Source of the DNA: Candidatus Hydrogenedentota bacterium
GTDB lineage: Bacteria; Hydrogenedentota; Hydrogenedentia; Hydrogenedentales; SLHB01
Direction of reading: 5' to 3'
Assembly (NCBI GenBank): GCA_963668025.2
Contig: CAXXTH010000017.1
Location: 1,546,230 to 1,610,229, forward strand
Length of the DNA stretch: 64,000 nt
Shown: piece after piece, positions 37,840 to 46,756 of the stretch
How the letters are laid out: every line of letters starts with the position of its first letter
Position numbering within the stretch: position 1 is the first letter of the stretch
The notes under the pieces: model-generated
Told to the model about the DNA's origin: nothing
The model's database searches: none
The model's input: only the letters and a program-made list of their open reading frames with translations
Position numbers and translations under genes: made by a program

Positions 37840-40275
37840 ATGGCAGGAAAGCGTAAACGCCGCCTTGTTCTTGATATCGGCACGAGTGCAATCCGCTTGT
37901 GCGAACTGGCCCCAGTTAAAGGCGGATTCCAGTTGACGCGGTATATGCAGCGCGATATCGTCATCGATCCTTCCACGGATGAAGACACTAAAAATGAAGT
38001 GCGCGCGGAAGCCGTCAAGAGCCTCCTCAAGGAAGCCAAGGTTCGGGCGCGCAAAGCGGTCGTGTCGGTATCGGGCCAATCCGTGTTTACCCGCCCGCGC
38101 ATTTTGCCCCCTGTTCCCGAGCACAAAGTTTCTCAAATCGTCCGCTATGAAATACAACAACAGATCCCCTTCTCCCTCGATCAAATCGCGCTGGATTACC
38201 AAGTGCTCGAGCGCGTCGAGGGGGGCGGTTATTTCGTACTCATGGCGGCCATTAAGGTCGATATTGTCGAATCGTTCCTGAAGGTGCTGGATAAGCGCTC
38301 TTCCGTGAGCGCCGTGGATGTGAATCCGCTGGCGGCGTATAACTGGCTTAAACGCACGGGCGAATTTGGCAACCAAGGCGAATGCATCGCCATGGTGGAC
38401 TTAGGGGCCTCCACGACGGAAATCGTGATCGAGCGGGGCGGTTGTTTCCGTTGGAACCGCACGCTGAGTGTGGGCGGCAACGATGTCACGCAGGCGATTT
38501 CCTCCGAGTTTAATCTAAGTTTCGAGGAAGCGGAACGCTTGAAACGGGAGCGCGCCTTTGCCCCGACGGGCGATCCGCAACGGGATGGCAAAGCAGGTGA
38601 AGTGCTCGGCCGCGCATTGTCCCGGCTGGTCTCGGAAATTCAACGTTCATTTGCCTATTACCGCTCCCAGCCCGGCGGCGGCGCGGTGTCGCGCGTCGTA
38701 CTGGCGGGTGGCGGGGCCTGCCTGCGCAATATCGTGCCCTACTTGCAACAGCAGCTTGGCATCGATGTGCGCATTGCCCAGCCGCTGGCGGGCGTGGCCG
38801 TATCTCCCGCCGCGCAAGAAGCGACCGAACATCCCGAACAAGCCGTGGTGGCGCTCGGATTGGCCCTGCGCTGCATCGAGCGGCCCGCCATCGAAGTGAA
38901 TCTGATTCCTCCCCGGATCCGGGATGCGGCGAGGCACAAAGAGCAAGCGTTGTACTGGGCGATTTCCGTGATGGTGATTATCGCCACTATGGTGGTGAAT
39001 CTGCCGGCCCGGGCGCGCCAGAATGAATTGGTGCAGGCAAATGTGAATAAGCTCAAAGAGAGCTTGATGCAATATGATCCCGCCATGGCGCGGCAGATCG
39101 AAAACGCGCAGAATGCAAGCTCCATCCGCTCCCAGTTTGAAGACCAGCTTCAAACAGCCAAGGATAAAGTGTCGCAATACGAGTCCATGGTTGGCGCATT
39201 GGATGCCGCATGTAAGAGCCGCGTGGACTGGCTGATGTACATATTAGCGGTCAACGAAGCCCGGTTGCAGGCGCAGGAAGCCTCCAAGGACAAGCGCATC
39301 TGGATTGCGGATATCGAGTCCACCTATATTGGCCAGCAATCCAGCGGCGGCATGGGTGGCATGCCCGGAATGGGCGGTGGCATGCCCGGCATGGGTGGCG
39401 GCATGCCCGGCATGGGTGGCGGCATGCCCGGTATGGGCGGCGGCTCAGGCAACAGCACCAGTTTACTGCCGAGTTCCGGATTTCCGGGTATACAAGCAAT
39501 GTCCGCCGGTGGAATGGGCGGCATGGGCGGTGGCATGCCTGGCATGGGCGGCGGTATGGGTGGTGGTATGATGGGCGGTATGGGAGGCATGGGCGGCATG
39601 ATGGGCGGCGGCGCTTCCGGCGGCTCGCTCACGGCGGAAATGCGCGAATTGCAGTCCGAGCCTGTTCAGGAGATGAATGGGCTGATGATTTATGGCTTTG
39701 CCAGCCACCAGGATGTAGTGACGTTGTTCCAGAACCAACTGGCCAATTCAGGTAAATTCATCAAAGACGGCGTCTATCTTGACCCCGGTAGTATTGCCCG
39801 CGTGGACAGCTCATCCCTCTACAGCGTTAACATGGGGGGCGGAATGGGCGGCGGCATGGGCGGTGGTATGATGGGTGGCATGGGCGGTGGTATGATGGGC
39901 GGCATGGGTGGTGGTATGATGGGCGGCATGGGCGGCGGCATGCGGGGCGGCGGAATGGGCGGTGGCATGGGCGGCCGCATGATCGGCGGCATGGGCATGG
40001 GCGGCGGCATGGGTGGAATGGGCGGCGGCATGGGCAGCTTGCCATTGCCGACGGATACCTCCCGCACCGTGATTTCATTCCGTATAGATGTTCAATTTTC
40101 CGGCGAAGCCGTGGATTTGAAAGCACTGGAATCGGCCGCACAAGGCGGCATGGGTGGCGGCATGCCTGGCATGCCGGGTATGCCAGGAGCAGGCGGTGGA
40201 ATGCCCGGAATGCCTGGGATGATGGGAGCGCCTGGCGCTACGGCCCCTGCCGTAGGTGATGCAGCCGAAGAGTAG
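37840..40275 (+). CDS. pilM: PilM-PilN fusion with Gly-Met-rich insertions
   Basis: LDIGTSAI, VDLGASTT, VVLAGGGA, ALGLALR (PilM) runs directly into EVNLIPP (PilN INLLP-like motif), TM, coiled coil and IYGFA...FRIDV. Confidence 0.88.
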   Translation: MAGKRKRRLVLDIGTSAIRLCELAPVKGGFQLTRYMQRDIVIDPSTDEDTKNEVRAEAVKSLLKEAKVRARKAVVSVSGQSVFTRPRILPPVPEHKVSQIVRYEIQQQIPFSLDQIALDYQVLERVEGGGYFVLMAAIKVDIVESFLKVLDKRSSVSAVDVNPLAAYNWLKRTGEFGNQGECIAMVDLGASTTEIVIERGGCFRWNRTLSVGGNDVTQAISSEFNLSFEEAERLKRERAFAPTGDPQRDGKAGEVLGRALSRLVSEIQRSFAYYRSQPGGGAVSRVVLAGGGACLRNIVPYLQQQLGIDVRIAQPLAGVAVSPAAQEATEHPEQAVVALGLALRCIERPAIEVNLIPPRIRDAARHKEQALYWAISVMVIIATMVVNLPARARQNELVQANVNKLKESLMQYDPAMARQIENAQNASSIRSQFEDQLQTAKDKVSQYESMVGALDAACKSRVDWLMYILAVNEARLQAQEASKDKRIWIADIESTYIGQQSSGGMGGMPGMGGGMPGMGGGMPGMGGGMPGMGGGSGNSTSLLPSSGFPGIQAMSAGGMGGMGGGMPGMGGGMGGGMMGGMGGMGGMMGGGASGGSLTAEMRELQSEPVQEMNGLMIYGFASHQDVVTLFQNQLANSGKFIKDGVYLDPGSIARVDSSSLYSVNMGGGMGGGMGGGMMGGMGGGMMGGMGGGMMGGMGGGMRGGGMGGGMGGRMIGGMGMGGGMGGMGGGMGSLPLPTDTSRTVISFRIDVQFSGEAVDLKALESAAQGGMGGGMPGMPGMPGAGGGMPGMPGMMGAPGATAPAVGDAAEE
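39346..40230 (+). repeat. Coding tandem repeats encoding GGMPGM/GGGM tracts
   Basis: 21-bp units (ggcatgcccggcatgggtggc) near 39358-39440; 24-bp units (ggcggtggtatgatgggyggcatg) near 39859-39930; further tracts at 39505-39612 and 40144-40225. Confidence 0.9.
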
Positions 40276-40361
40276 CTTTTAGTCGGTTTAATAGTGCGTG
40301 TGTGCGCTGGGCCAGCAATGAGGCATAACAAGGCGGGGCAGGCCCTCCCGGATGTGAGGCG

Positions 40362-41366
40362 ATGAAAAAACAGTCTATCATATATGTGGCCATACTGGCT
40401 GTTGTATTCGCGGCATTGTACGCCGGGCACCGGGTGTTTGTGGCGGCGCAGCTTAAACAATTTGATGAAGCGCAGAAGTTCGCCCAAGACTTGGAGGCGA
40501 AGGCAAAGGTTTTTCAAACGACCTTTGGCGGCGTGCGGCCCGAGTTAGTGGTCGAGCGCTGGCAGAAAGCCATGGATCCATGGATGCAGGCTGCATTACA
40601 GCGGCAAGATTATTTTTCCATGGGAGATGTGCTCACAGTCGAGGCCGTGCCAGAAGGAGAGCTGCCGCTCTTTTTTTATGAAGATCAATACAATAAAATA
40701 CTCACCGAGCTTACCAAGGAATTATCATCCAAACAAGTGGCGTTGAATTGGACTGGTTTTGGCGCGCCGTCTCCGGATCAACTAGGAGGCCAGGCGCTCA
40801 CGAATGACGACGTGGAATATTGGCTTCGTTTGCTCAAGGAGGGCGTCGATACCGTCCAACTGCTGGTGAATGCAGGGGCGGTCCAGATTTACTCCGTGGA
40901 AATATGGCCCAAGCGTACGGAATATGGCGTGCTGGAAGCACATACGGCGGGCCTGGCTTTTATGATGCAACTTGAACCGCTGGCGAAATTTATCAATCAA
41001 TTGGCCACGGACCCGAAGCGATATTGCAATGTCAACGCATTGCGCATTACAAATCAGAATCTAGTGAGCCCAGCCAATCCGTGGCTGCAAGTCGAAATGT
41101 TGATTACTCGGACTTCTTTCTTGCCGGATGGCACGCCCACCACTACGGCTGGCAGTGCAAGCAGCGCATCGGGGATGTCTGGGATGCCCGGGATGCCCGG
41201 AATGGGCGGCGGCTCTGGCATGATGGGCATGATGGGCGGCGGAATGCCGGGGATGCCGGGGATGCCGGGGATGCAAGGGCCTGCCGGCGACACAGGCGTG
41301 GGGGCTCCGCGCAAAGACGCGCAGAAGAAGCAAGAGTCTTGGTGGAAAAAATGGTGGCCGTTTTAA
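40362..41366 (+). CDS. PilO-like protein with Gly-Met-Pro tail
   Basis: N-terminal TM, coiled coil, LAKFINQL...NVNALRI...LQVEMLI ferredoxin-like end; position after pilMN; ends WWKKWWPF. Confidence 0.6.
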   Translation: MKKQSIIYVAILAVVFAALYAGHRVFVAAQLKQFDEAQKFAQDLEAKAKVFQTTFGGVRPELVVERWQKAMDPWMQAALQRQDYFSMGDVLTVEAVPEGELPLFFYEDQYNKILTELTKELSSKQVALNWTGFGAPSPDQLGGQALTNDDVEYWLRLLKEGVDTVQLLVNAGAVQIYSVEIWPKRTEYGVLEAHTAGLAFMMQLEPLAKFINQLATDPKRYCNVNALRITNQNLVSPANPWLQVEMLITRTSFLPDGTPTTTAGSASSASGMSGMPGMPGMGGGSGMMGMMGGGMPGMPGMPGMQGPAGDTGVGAPRKDAQKKQESWWKKWWPF

Positions 41367-41436
41367 GGCCGAATAGGTAAGATGTAGTGGCGCCGTGCAA
41401 GCGGCGCGGACTGTGGGTCAAAAAGAAGGGGTATTC

Positions 41437-41952
41437 GTGGAACAACTCCGCAAAATTGGCTTGTGGCTATTACTGGTCAAAGAGCGTATTGTCCTTGGGA
41501 TAGTGGTGCTGTTTTTGCTGGCGCGGTTATACCAGGTATTTAATCCCACACCGCCCCCGGATGTGGAAATACCGCCGCCACCCAGCACCGATTTGTCGGC
41601 TTCGGAAGCAATGCCTGAGGATCCGCCAGCCCAGCCGGAATCCATCCGGCCTACTCCGGCGGAAGCGCTGGCCAATAATAATCCGTTTACCGTGCAAAGC
41701 AGTCCTCCCGTGGCCCCGGCCGGGGAAGATGGGGAAAAAGCTCCGAATCTTGTGTTGCGCCGCATCCGGGAAGGCCGCGATGGTGTGGAAGCCGATATCC
41801 AGGTGGAAGGCGGAGATCGGGGGCGCTACAAAGCGAATGACACGTTTGGGGACGGCAAGTTCCGAGTTCAGCGAATTGACCCGGCTGGCCAAACGGTCGA
41901 GGTCTGGTCAACAGCGGAACGAAAAGTACTGACGTTGCGAGCTGGAGGATAA
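41437..41952 (+). CDS. PilP/GspC-HR-like protein
   Basis: TM anchor, Pro-rich linker, NNPF motif (cf. PilP RDPF), small beta domain; directly upstream of the secretin. Start uncertain (41395 or 41437). Confidence 0.6.
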   Translation: MEQLRKIGLWLLLVKERIVLGIVVLFLLARLYQVFNPTPPPDVEIPPPPSTDLSASEAMPEDPPAQPESIRPTPAEALANNNPFTVQSSPPVAPAGEDGEKAPNLVLRRIREGRDGVEADIQVEGGDRGRYKANDTFGDGKFRVQRIDPAGQTVEVWSTAERKVLTLRAGG

Positions 41953-42023
41953 GTTGACTCCGGTGGCGTACATTTTGTATACCAAACTAAACCGAACAGA
42001 ATTAGCGGGAGGACGATTTCGTC

Positions 42024-45000
42024 ATGAGTAGAAGGATTCCGTGGTTGTGGGCAGCAAGCGGCGAGACTATTTTGGTTCTCGTGGCGCTTGTCGCGATCTT
42101 GGGAATGCCGGCGCTGGCGCAGGATAAGGCCGCAACCTCCACGGATAGCCCGGTCGCCGTGTCTGCTTCGGAGGCCAGCCTGGACGCAAACCCCTCCCCT
42201 CCGCCAGTGGTGGATGGACAGAAGATCTCGCTTAGTACGGATCAACTGAAGCCGGGTGGCTCTCCGGCGGGCGATGCGTATTTAGGTGGAGTGGATTTAT
42301 ATAACCAGGGGCTATATTCGGAAGCGCTCAACGAGTTTAATCGTGCGCTCGCGCTGGACTCTGGCAATCAAGATGCGGCTATTTATAAAGCGAAGTGTGA
42401 AAGCAAGCTGCAAATGCAGGCTGCTGGCGCGGACACTTCAGGCAAAGAGCCCTTCCGCACGCTGGATCCTACCTCCATCCAAACCGGAAATGAGGCGGGC
42501 GCTGTCTTGTCAACGGAAGAGCTGCGCGTGCAACAGCTTAAAAAGCTGATTGATGAAGGCCAGTTCTATCTGGAAAACCAGAAATTCGAGATCGCCCAGC
42601 GCCGTTTCCAAGAAGCCTTATTGATTGATCCTAAAAACCTTACCGCTCAAAACGGTCTTCAGAAAGCCACATTAGGCGTCGAAGAAAACAAGCTAAAGCG
42701 CACGGAAAAAGATCTGGAAATCCAAACCGCGCAAACAAGCACCATGATTAACGATAAGAAATTGTTGCCGGAAGGCTCCGATCCGACGGGCATTCGACCC
42801 CCGCGTTTGCCGGTGGCGGTAAACGAAGAAGTCAATATTAAAGAAGAAGAAACCAAGCGCGTCAAGGTGGAGAAAGCCCTGGATAGCCCAGTCAGCCTGT
42901 TGGAATATGGCGAGAGCGACCAATTCTCCGGCGCGCCTGTTAAATCGGTGACCCCCCCGGACCTCATGATTTTCATGAATCGCCCGGGATTCCATGTAAG
43001 TGAGCTGCTTAGTAATATCGCGGAAATTGCCCAGATCAACATCGTGCTGGACTGGCGTGTGGTCTATCATCCCAGTGAGCTCGCTTTGCGGGTTCAAGCT
43101 CCGATATCTAATATCACCGGCTCGGCGGGCGGTATTCCAGGCGCTGGCGGCGCAACAGGATTCGGCGCTACAGGCGGCATGATGGGCGGCGGCATGATGG
43201 GCGGCGGCATGGGTGGAATGGGCGGCGGCATGGGCGGCATGGGCGGTGAAATGGGCGGCCTAGGTGGATACACCGTCACTACGGGCCCATATAACACCGA
43301 CTTTGGCGGCGGCATGGGCGGTATGGGCGGCGGCATGGGCGGCAGCTCTGGCGGCGGCATGGGTGGCAGCTCTGGCGGAAGGGGCGGAAGCTCCACGGGC
43401 CAAGGCGGCAATGATGACCGTTTATATGAGCAAAAAGTGGATGGCTGGGTCTATTATTTCAGCATTCAAGATGTGACCGTGCGCGAAACACTGCAAGCGC
43501 TACTCCGTCCCTTGGGATTGGATTTCGCCGTCGAGCCCGGATTCATCTGGGTGAGCAAGCCGGAGCGCATCCGTTATGAATCCTTCGAGGAATTGGAGAC
43601 GCGTTTCTATCAGTTGCGCAGTTTAGGCACTGAGACCCTTTTCAAAATAGTGCTTGCTGATGATACTGGTGACTCCTCCAACACGGGTAGCTCCAACGGC
43701 AGCTCAAATAGTTCATCCGGCACCTCGACAACGTCTTCAAGCAATACCGGGTCAGGGTCTTCCTCTTCATCTAGCAGCGCTGTTTCCTTCAGTAACATAT
43801 CTGACCTTTTCTCCGAAGGCGATTCCTATTCATATGGTGAAACGCCTCCGATCACTTCAGTGCTGACATCGGTTCTGCCTGGCGGCGGCACGGGATATTA
43901 TTACCGTGAATGGCGATATGGTGCAGGTGAATATGGGGATGAAGGCGGCGGCAGTGATTCCGGAAGCGGCAACAGCAATAGCGGATCCTCATCTGGCAGT
44001 AGTAGTTCCCGCAGTGGGAATTCCAACAGTGGCGGTTCCAGCCGCAGTGGGAGTTCCAATAGTGGCGGTTCCAGCCGTTCTTCGTCCGGCGGCGGCGGCA
44101 CGCGCAGCGGCAGCAGTGGCTCAAGCGGTTCCGGTAATAACAGTGGAAGCGGCGATAATGGTGGTGAAAGTGATCAATCGTCGGATTTGGAGATTTATTT
44201 AGAAGCTTTCTTGCCGCCCGTGGCGGATCCGAATACCCGTGAATTGATCTCGTGGGAACTGTATAACCCGCTGACGAACCAGTTGATCCTGCACAATACG
44301 GCGTCGAATCTAGATGAGTTTGAGAAGTCCCTATCAGAATTCGATAAGACGCCCAAGCAGGTCAGTATTGAATCCAAGTTCATTACGATTAGTGTAAATG
44401 ACCTCAAGAAACTTGGATTCACCTGGGGCGGCACCGGCGAGAATCAATCGGCGTCGTTTAGTGATCTCGGAAACCGAGACCGTGTTGTCCCACAATTTTT
44501 ACCGACAGATGAAGATCATAGGTACGATTATGATATTAATGGGGACGGTGAACCAGAATCAGTGCCGTTCTATTCAAAGCCGGATGGCTCTAATGTGGTG
44601 AACAATACGATTACGGAAGGTTTGCTCAAAGCGGCGGCCAATCCCGGATCGACTCTGGGCAGCACGCTGACGCTTTCGGGTATTATCACGGATAATGCCG
44701 ATGGCGACCAGCTTCGCGTCACCATGGATTACTTGAACAGCTTGACGGAGACGGAGCTGTTGAGTGCGCCACGCGTGACCACAATGAACCGGAAGCCGGC
44801 GGTGATCGCGGACTATTCGACGCGCTACTATCCCACGAATGTCAATACCCAAGTGACCGTAAGCGAAGGCAATGCCGTTGGAGGAAGCAATTTGGCTTCC
44901 GTTCAGGAATATATAGTGACGGCCTTCAATTTTGGTATCACGTTGTCGGTAACTCCCGCGATTATCGCAAATGATCAAGTGCGGCTCTGGTTGAATCCGC

Positions 45001-45350
45001 AAGTGACCAGTCTGGATGGAACGGATGGGCCTTTCACGCAGACTACCACGGTGAATGGAGAAACAACCACATCGACCATTACGTATCCTCGTCAGCGGAC
45101 GCAAACGGTATGGACGAACGTCATTGTGCATGACGGAGATACGCTGGTGTTGGGCGGCCTTATCACGGACAGCTCAACGAAAGGCCAAGACAAAGTGCCT
45201 TACCTTGCGGATATTCCGCTGCTCGGTACTTTCTTCAAAGGCAATTCCAAACAAGTCGAGCAGTCGAGCTTGCTGATATTTGTGACCGTGGATATCATCG
45301 ATCCCACTGGCGCAAGGTATTTCGAGTCAGAATCTGACTCCGCTTCCTAG
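42024..45350 (+). CDS. pilQ: PilQ-like secretin with N-terminal TPRs and Gly-Met / Ser-Gly insertions
   Basis: Signal peptide (PALA/Q), two TPR-like segments, PKQVSIESKFI, LLSAPRVTT, GITLSVTP, GDTLVLGGLI, VPYLADIPLLGTFFK, LLIFVTVDIIDPTG. Confidence 0.85.
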   Translation: MSRRIPWLWAASGETILVLVALVAILGMPALAQDKAATSTDSPVAVSASEASLDANPSPPPVVDGQKISLSTDQLKPGGSPAGDAYLGGVDLYNQGLYSEALNEFNRALALDSGNQDAAIYKAKCESKLQMQAAGADTSGKEPFRTLDPTSIQTGNEAGAVLSTEELRVQQLKKLIDEGQFYLENQKFEIAQRRFQEALLIDPKNLTAQNGLQKATLGVEENKLKRTEKDLEIQTAQTSTMINDKKLLPEGSDPTGIRPPRLPVAVNEEVNIKEEETKRVKVEKALDSPVSLLEYGESDQFSGAPVKSVTPPDLMIFMNRPGFHVSELLSNIAEIAQINIVLDWRVVYHPSELALRVQAPISNITGSAGGIPGAGGATGFGATGGMMGGGMMGGGMGGMGGGMGGMGGEMGGLGGYTVTTGPYNTDFGGGMGGMGGGMGGSSGGGMGGSSGGRGGSSTGQGGNDDRLYEQKVDGWVYYFSIQDVTVRETLQALLRPLGLDFAVEPGFIWVSKPERIRYESFEELETRFYQLRSLGTETLFKIVLADDTGDSSNTGSSNGSSNSSSGTSTTSSSNTGSGSSSSSSSAVSFSNISDLFSEGDSYSYGETPPITSVLTSVLPGGGTGYYYREWRYGAGEYGDEGGGSDSGSGNSNSGSSSGSSSSRSGNSNSGGSSRSGSSNSGGSSRSSSGGGGTRSGSSGSSGSGNNSGSGDNGGESDQSSDLEIYLEAFLPPVADPNTRELISWELYNPLTNQLILHNTASNLDEFEKSLSEFDKTPKQVSIESKFITISVNDLKKLGFTWGGTGENQSASFSDLGNRDRVVPQFLPTDEDHRYDYDINGDGEPESVPFYSKPDGSNVVNNTITEGLLKAAANPGSTLGSTLTLSGIITDNADGDQLRVTMDYLNSLTETELLSAPRVTTMNRKPAVIADYSTRYYPTNVNTQVTVSEGNAVGGSNLASVQEYIVTAFNFGITLSVTPAIIANDQVRLWLNPQVTSLDGTDGPFTQTTTVNGETTTSTITYPRQRTQTVWTNVIVHDGDTLVLGGLITDSSTKGQDKVPYLADIPLLGTFFKGNSKQVEQSSLLIFVTVDIIDPTGARYFESESDSAS
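44010..44075 (+). repeat. 33-bp in-frame tandem duplication in the secretin Ser/Gly tract
   Basis: cgcagtgggaattccaacagtggcggttccagc / cgcagtgggagttccaatagtggcggttccagc; 31 of 33 identical. Confidence 0.85.
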
Positions 45351-45369
45351 AAAGCAGGAAGGTTATGAT

Positions 45370-45407
45370 ACGGGCGGTCCCCGGCAGCGCCGAGGGCCGC
45401 CCGTTTT
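45370..45407 (+). terminator. Rho-independent terminator after the secretin
   Basis: acgggcggtccccggc-agc-gccgagggccgcccgt followed by a T run. Confidence 0.75.
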
Positions 45408-45455
45408 ACATGTAGAAACGGGTAACAGGCCCGCAGGGAGAAGCGAATCTATAGC

Positions 45456-46748
45456 ATGCGCTATCTCTTATATGATCTGGCTACTTCGGTGGCGGCGGTG
45501 GGCGGCGCAGCGTATTTGGCTGCGCATCCTCGCTATCGCCGCTTGTTGAGCCGATTTGCGCCTGCCATTCCACCACAAGCCGTTGGCGGCGTATGCGTGC
45601 AAGCGTGCAGTGTGGGCGAGGTGGGTGTCGCTCGCCAATTGCTGGCGGCCATGCATTCGCGCTGGCCGGATGTTCCCGCATTATTGACCGTCTCGACCGT
45701 GACAGGCCGCTCCGTCGCGGAGCAGCAGGGCGGTTCGTGTCCAATTGCTTGGTTTCCCTTCGACCACCGCATCTCGGTCGAACGCTTTTTTTCTGCAATG
45801 CGCCCCCGCGTGTTGGTATTGGTGGAAACCGAAATATGGCCTAATATTCTGCGAATAGCAGCAGATAAAAATATCCCAGTGGTGATGATAAGTGGGCGGC
45901 TTAGTGACCGGCATTTTGAACGGTATAAGCGCCATGCGTTCTGGTTCAAGCCACTATTTGGCGCGTTGAGCGCGGCGGGCATGCAGACGGAAGAGTATGC
46001 AGGGCGTATCAAGCAATTAGGCATTCCACCTTGCCGGGTGCATGTGACGGGAAACATTAAGTTTGATGGGGCGGTAGCGGCTGTTCCCGAAGCGCAATCC
46101 GCCCAGCTCCGCCTCGACTCGGGCATACCGGATCAGGCTCCTGTAGTGGTTTTCGGCAGCACACGGCCAGGCGATGAGGCGCGGGCGGCGTCGGCATGGA
46201 AATGCCTTCGCGAGATGTTTCCAGAACTCCGAATGATCGTAGCGCCACGGCATGCCACCCGCCTCCGGGAAGCCCTTGAACCATTCGCGGGGGAGTCTTT
46301 CCTGTTGCGTTCGGAGATGCTCTCAGGAAAAAGAATAAATCACGAGCGAATCATCGTTCTGGATACGGTAGGAGAATTGGCCTCCTTCTATGCACTGGCG
46401 TCGGCCGTGGTGATAGGCGGCAGTTTTGATCCCGCTATTAATGGGCATAATCCTATCGAGCCTGCGGCTTTAGGTGTACCTACGCTATTTGGGCCGTACA
46501 TGAGGAATTTCAAAGACGCCGCCGCATTGCTCGAGTCTTCCGGTGGTGCGCGCCAAGTGCAAGAAGAAGAGTTGCCTGAAGCCCTTAAAGAGGTGCTTTC
46601 GGATCGGCAATTGCGCGAGTGCATGGGAGCGCACGCGCGTGCTACCGTGCTGCAAAATCAGGGGGCTTTAAAACGCACTCTGGATCTGCTTGAACCGTTC
46701 ATGCATGATGGCGGATATGTTCATTCAGCAATAGAAACGGATAGTTGA
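45456..46748 (+). CDS. waaA: 3-deoxy-D-manno-octulosonic acid transferase
   Basis: ACSVGEV, FPFD, VETEIWPN, VTGNIKFD, GSTRPGDE, VAPRH, DTVGEL, GHNPIEPA, GPYMRNF. Confidence 0.95.
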   Translation: MRYLLYDLATSVAAVGGAAYLAAHPRYRRLLSRFAPAIPPQAVGGVCVQACSVGEVGVARQLLAAMHSRWPDVPALLTVSTVTGRSVAEQQGGSCPIAWFPFDHRISVERFFSAMRPRVLVLVETEIWPNILRIAADKNIPVVMISGRLSDRHFERYKRHAFWFKPLFGALSAAGMQTEEYAGRIKQLGIPPCRVHVTGNIKFDGAVAAVPEAQSAQLRLDSGIPDQAPVVVFGSTRPGDEARAASAWKCLREMFPELRMIVAPRHATRLREALEPFAGESFLLRSEMLSGKRINHERIIVLDTVGELASFYALASAVVIGGSFDPAINGHNPIEPAALGVPTLFGPYMRNFKDAAALLESSGGARQVQEEELPEALKEVLSDRQLRECMGAHARATVLQNQGALKRTLDLLEPFMHDGGYVHSAIETDS

Positions 46749-46756
46749 GGCGGTTT

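Noticed and set aside
41954-41983. Internal promoter before the secretin (TTGACT-18-TATACC)
   Set aside because: The -10 element lacks the conserved final T and the spacer is suboptimal; too weak to call.
39346-43410. Tandem repeats as a possible CRISPR array
   Set aside because: They are in-frame coding repeats without unique spacers, and no cas genes are present.
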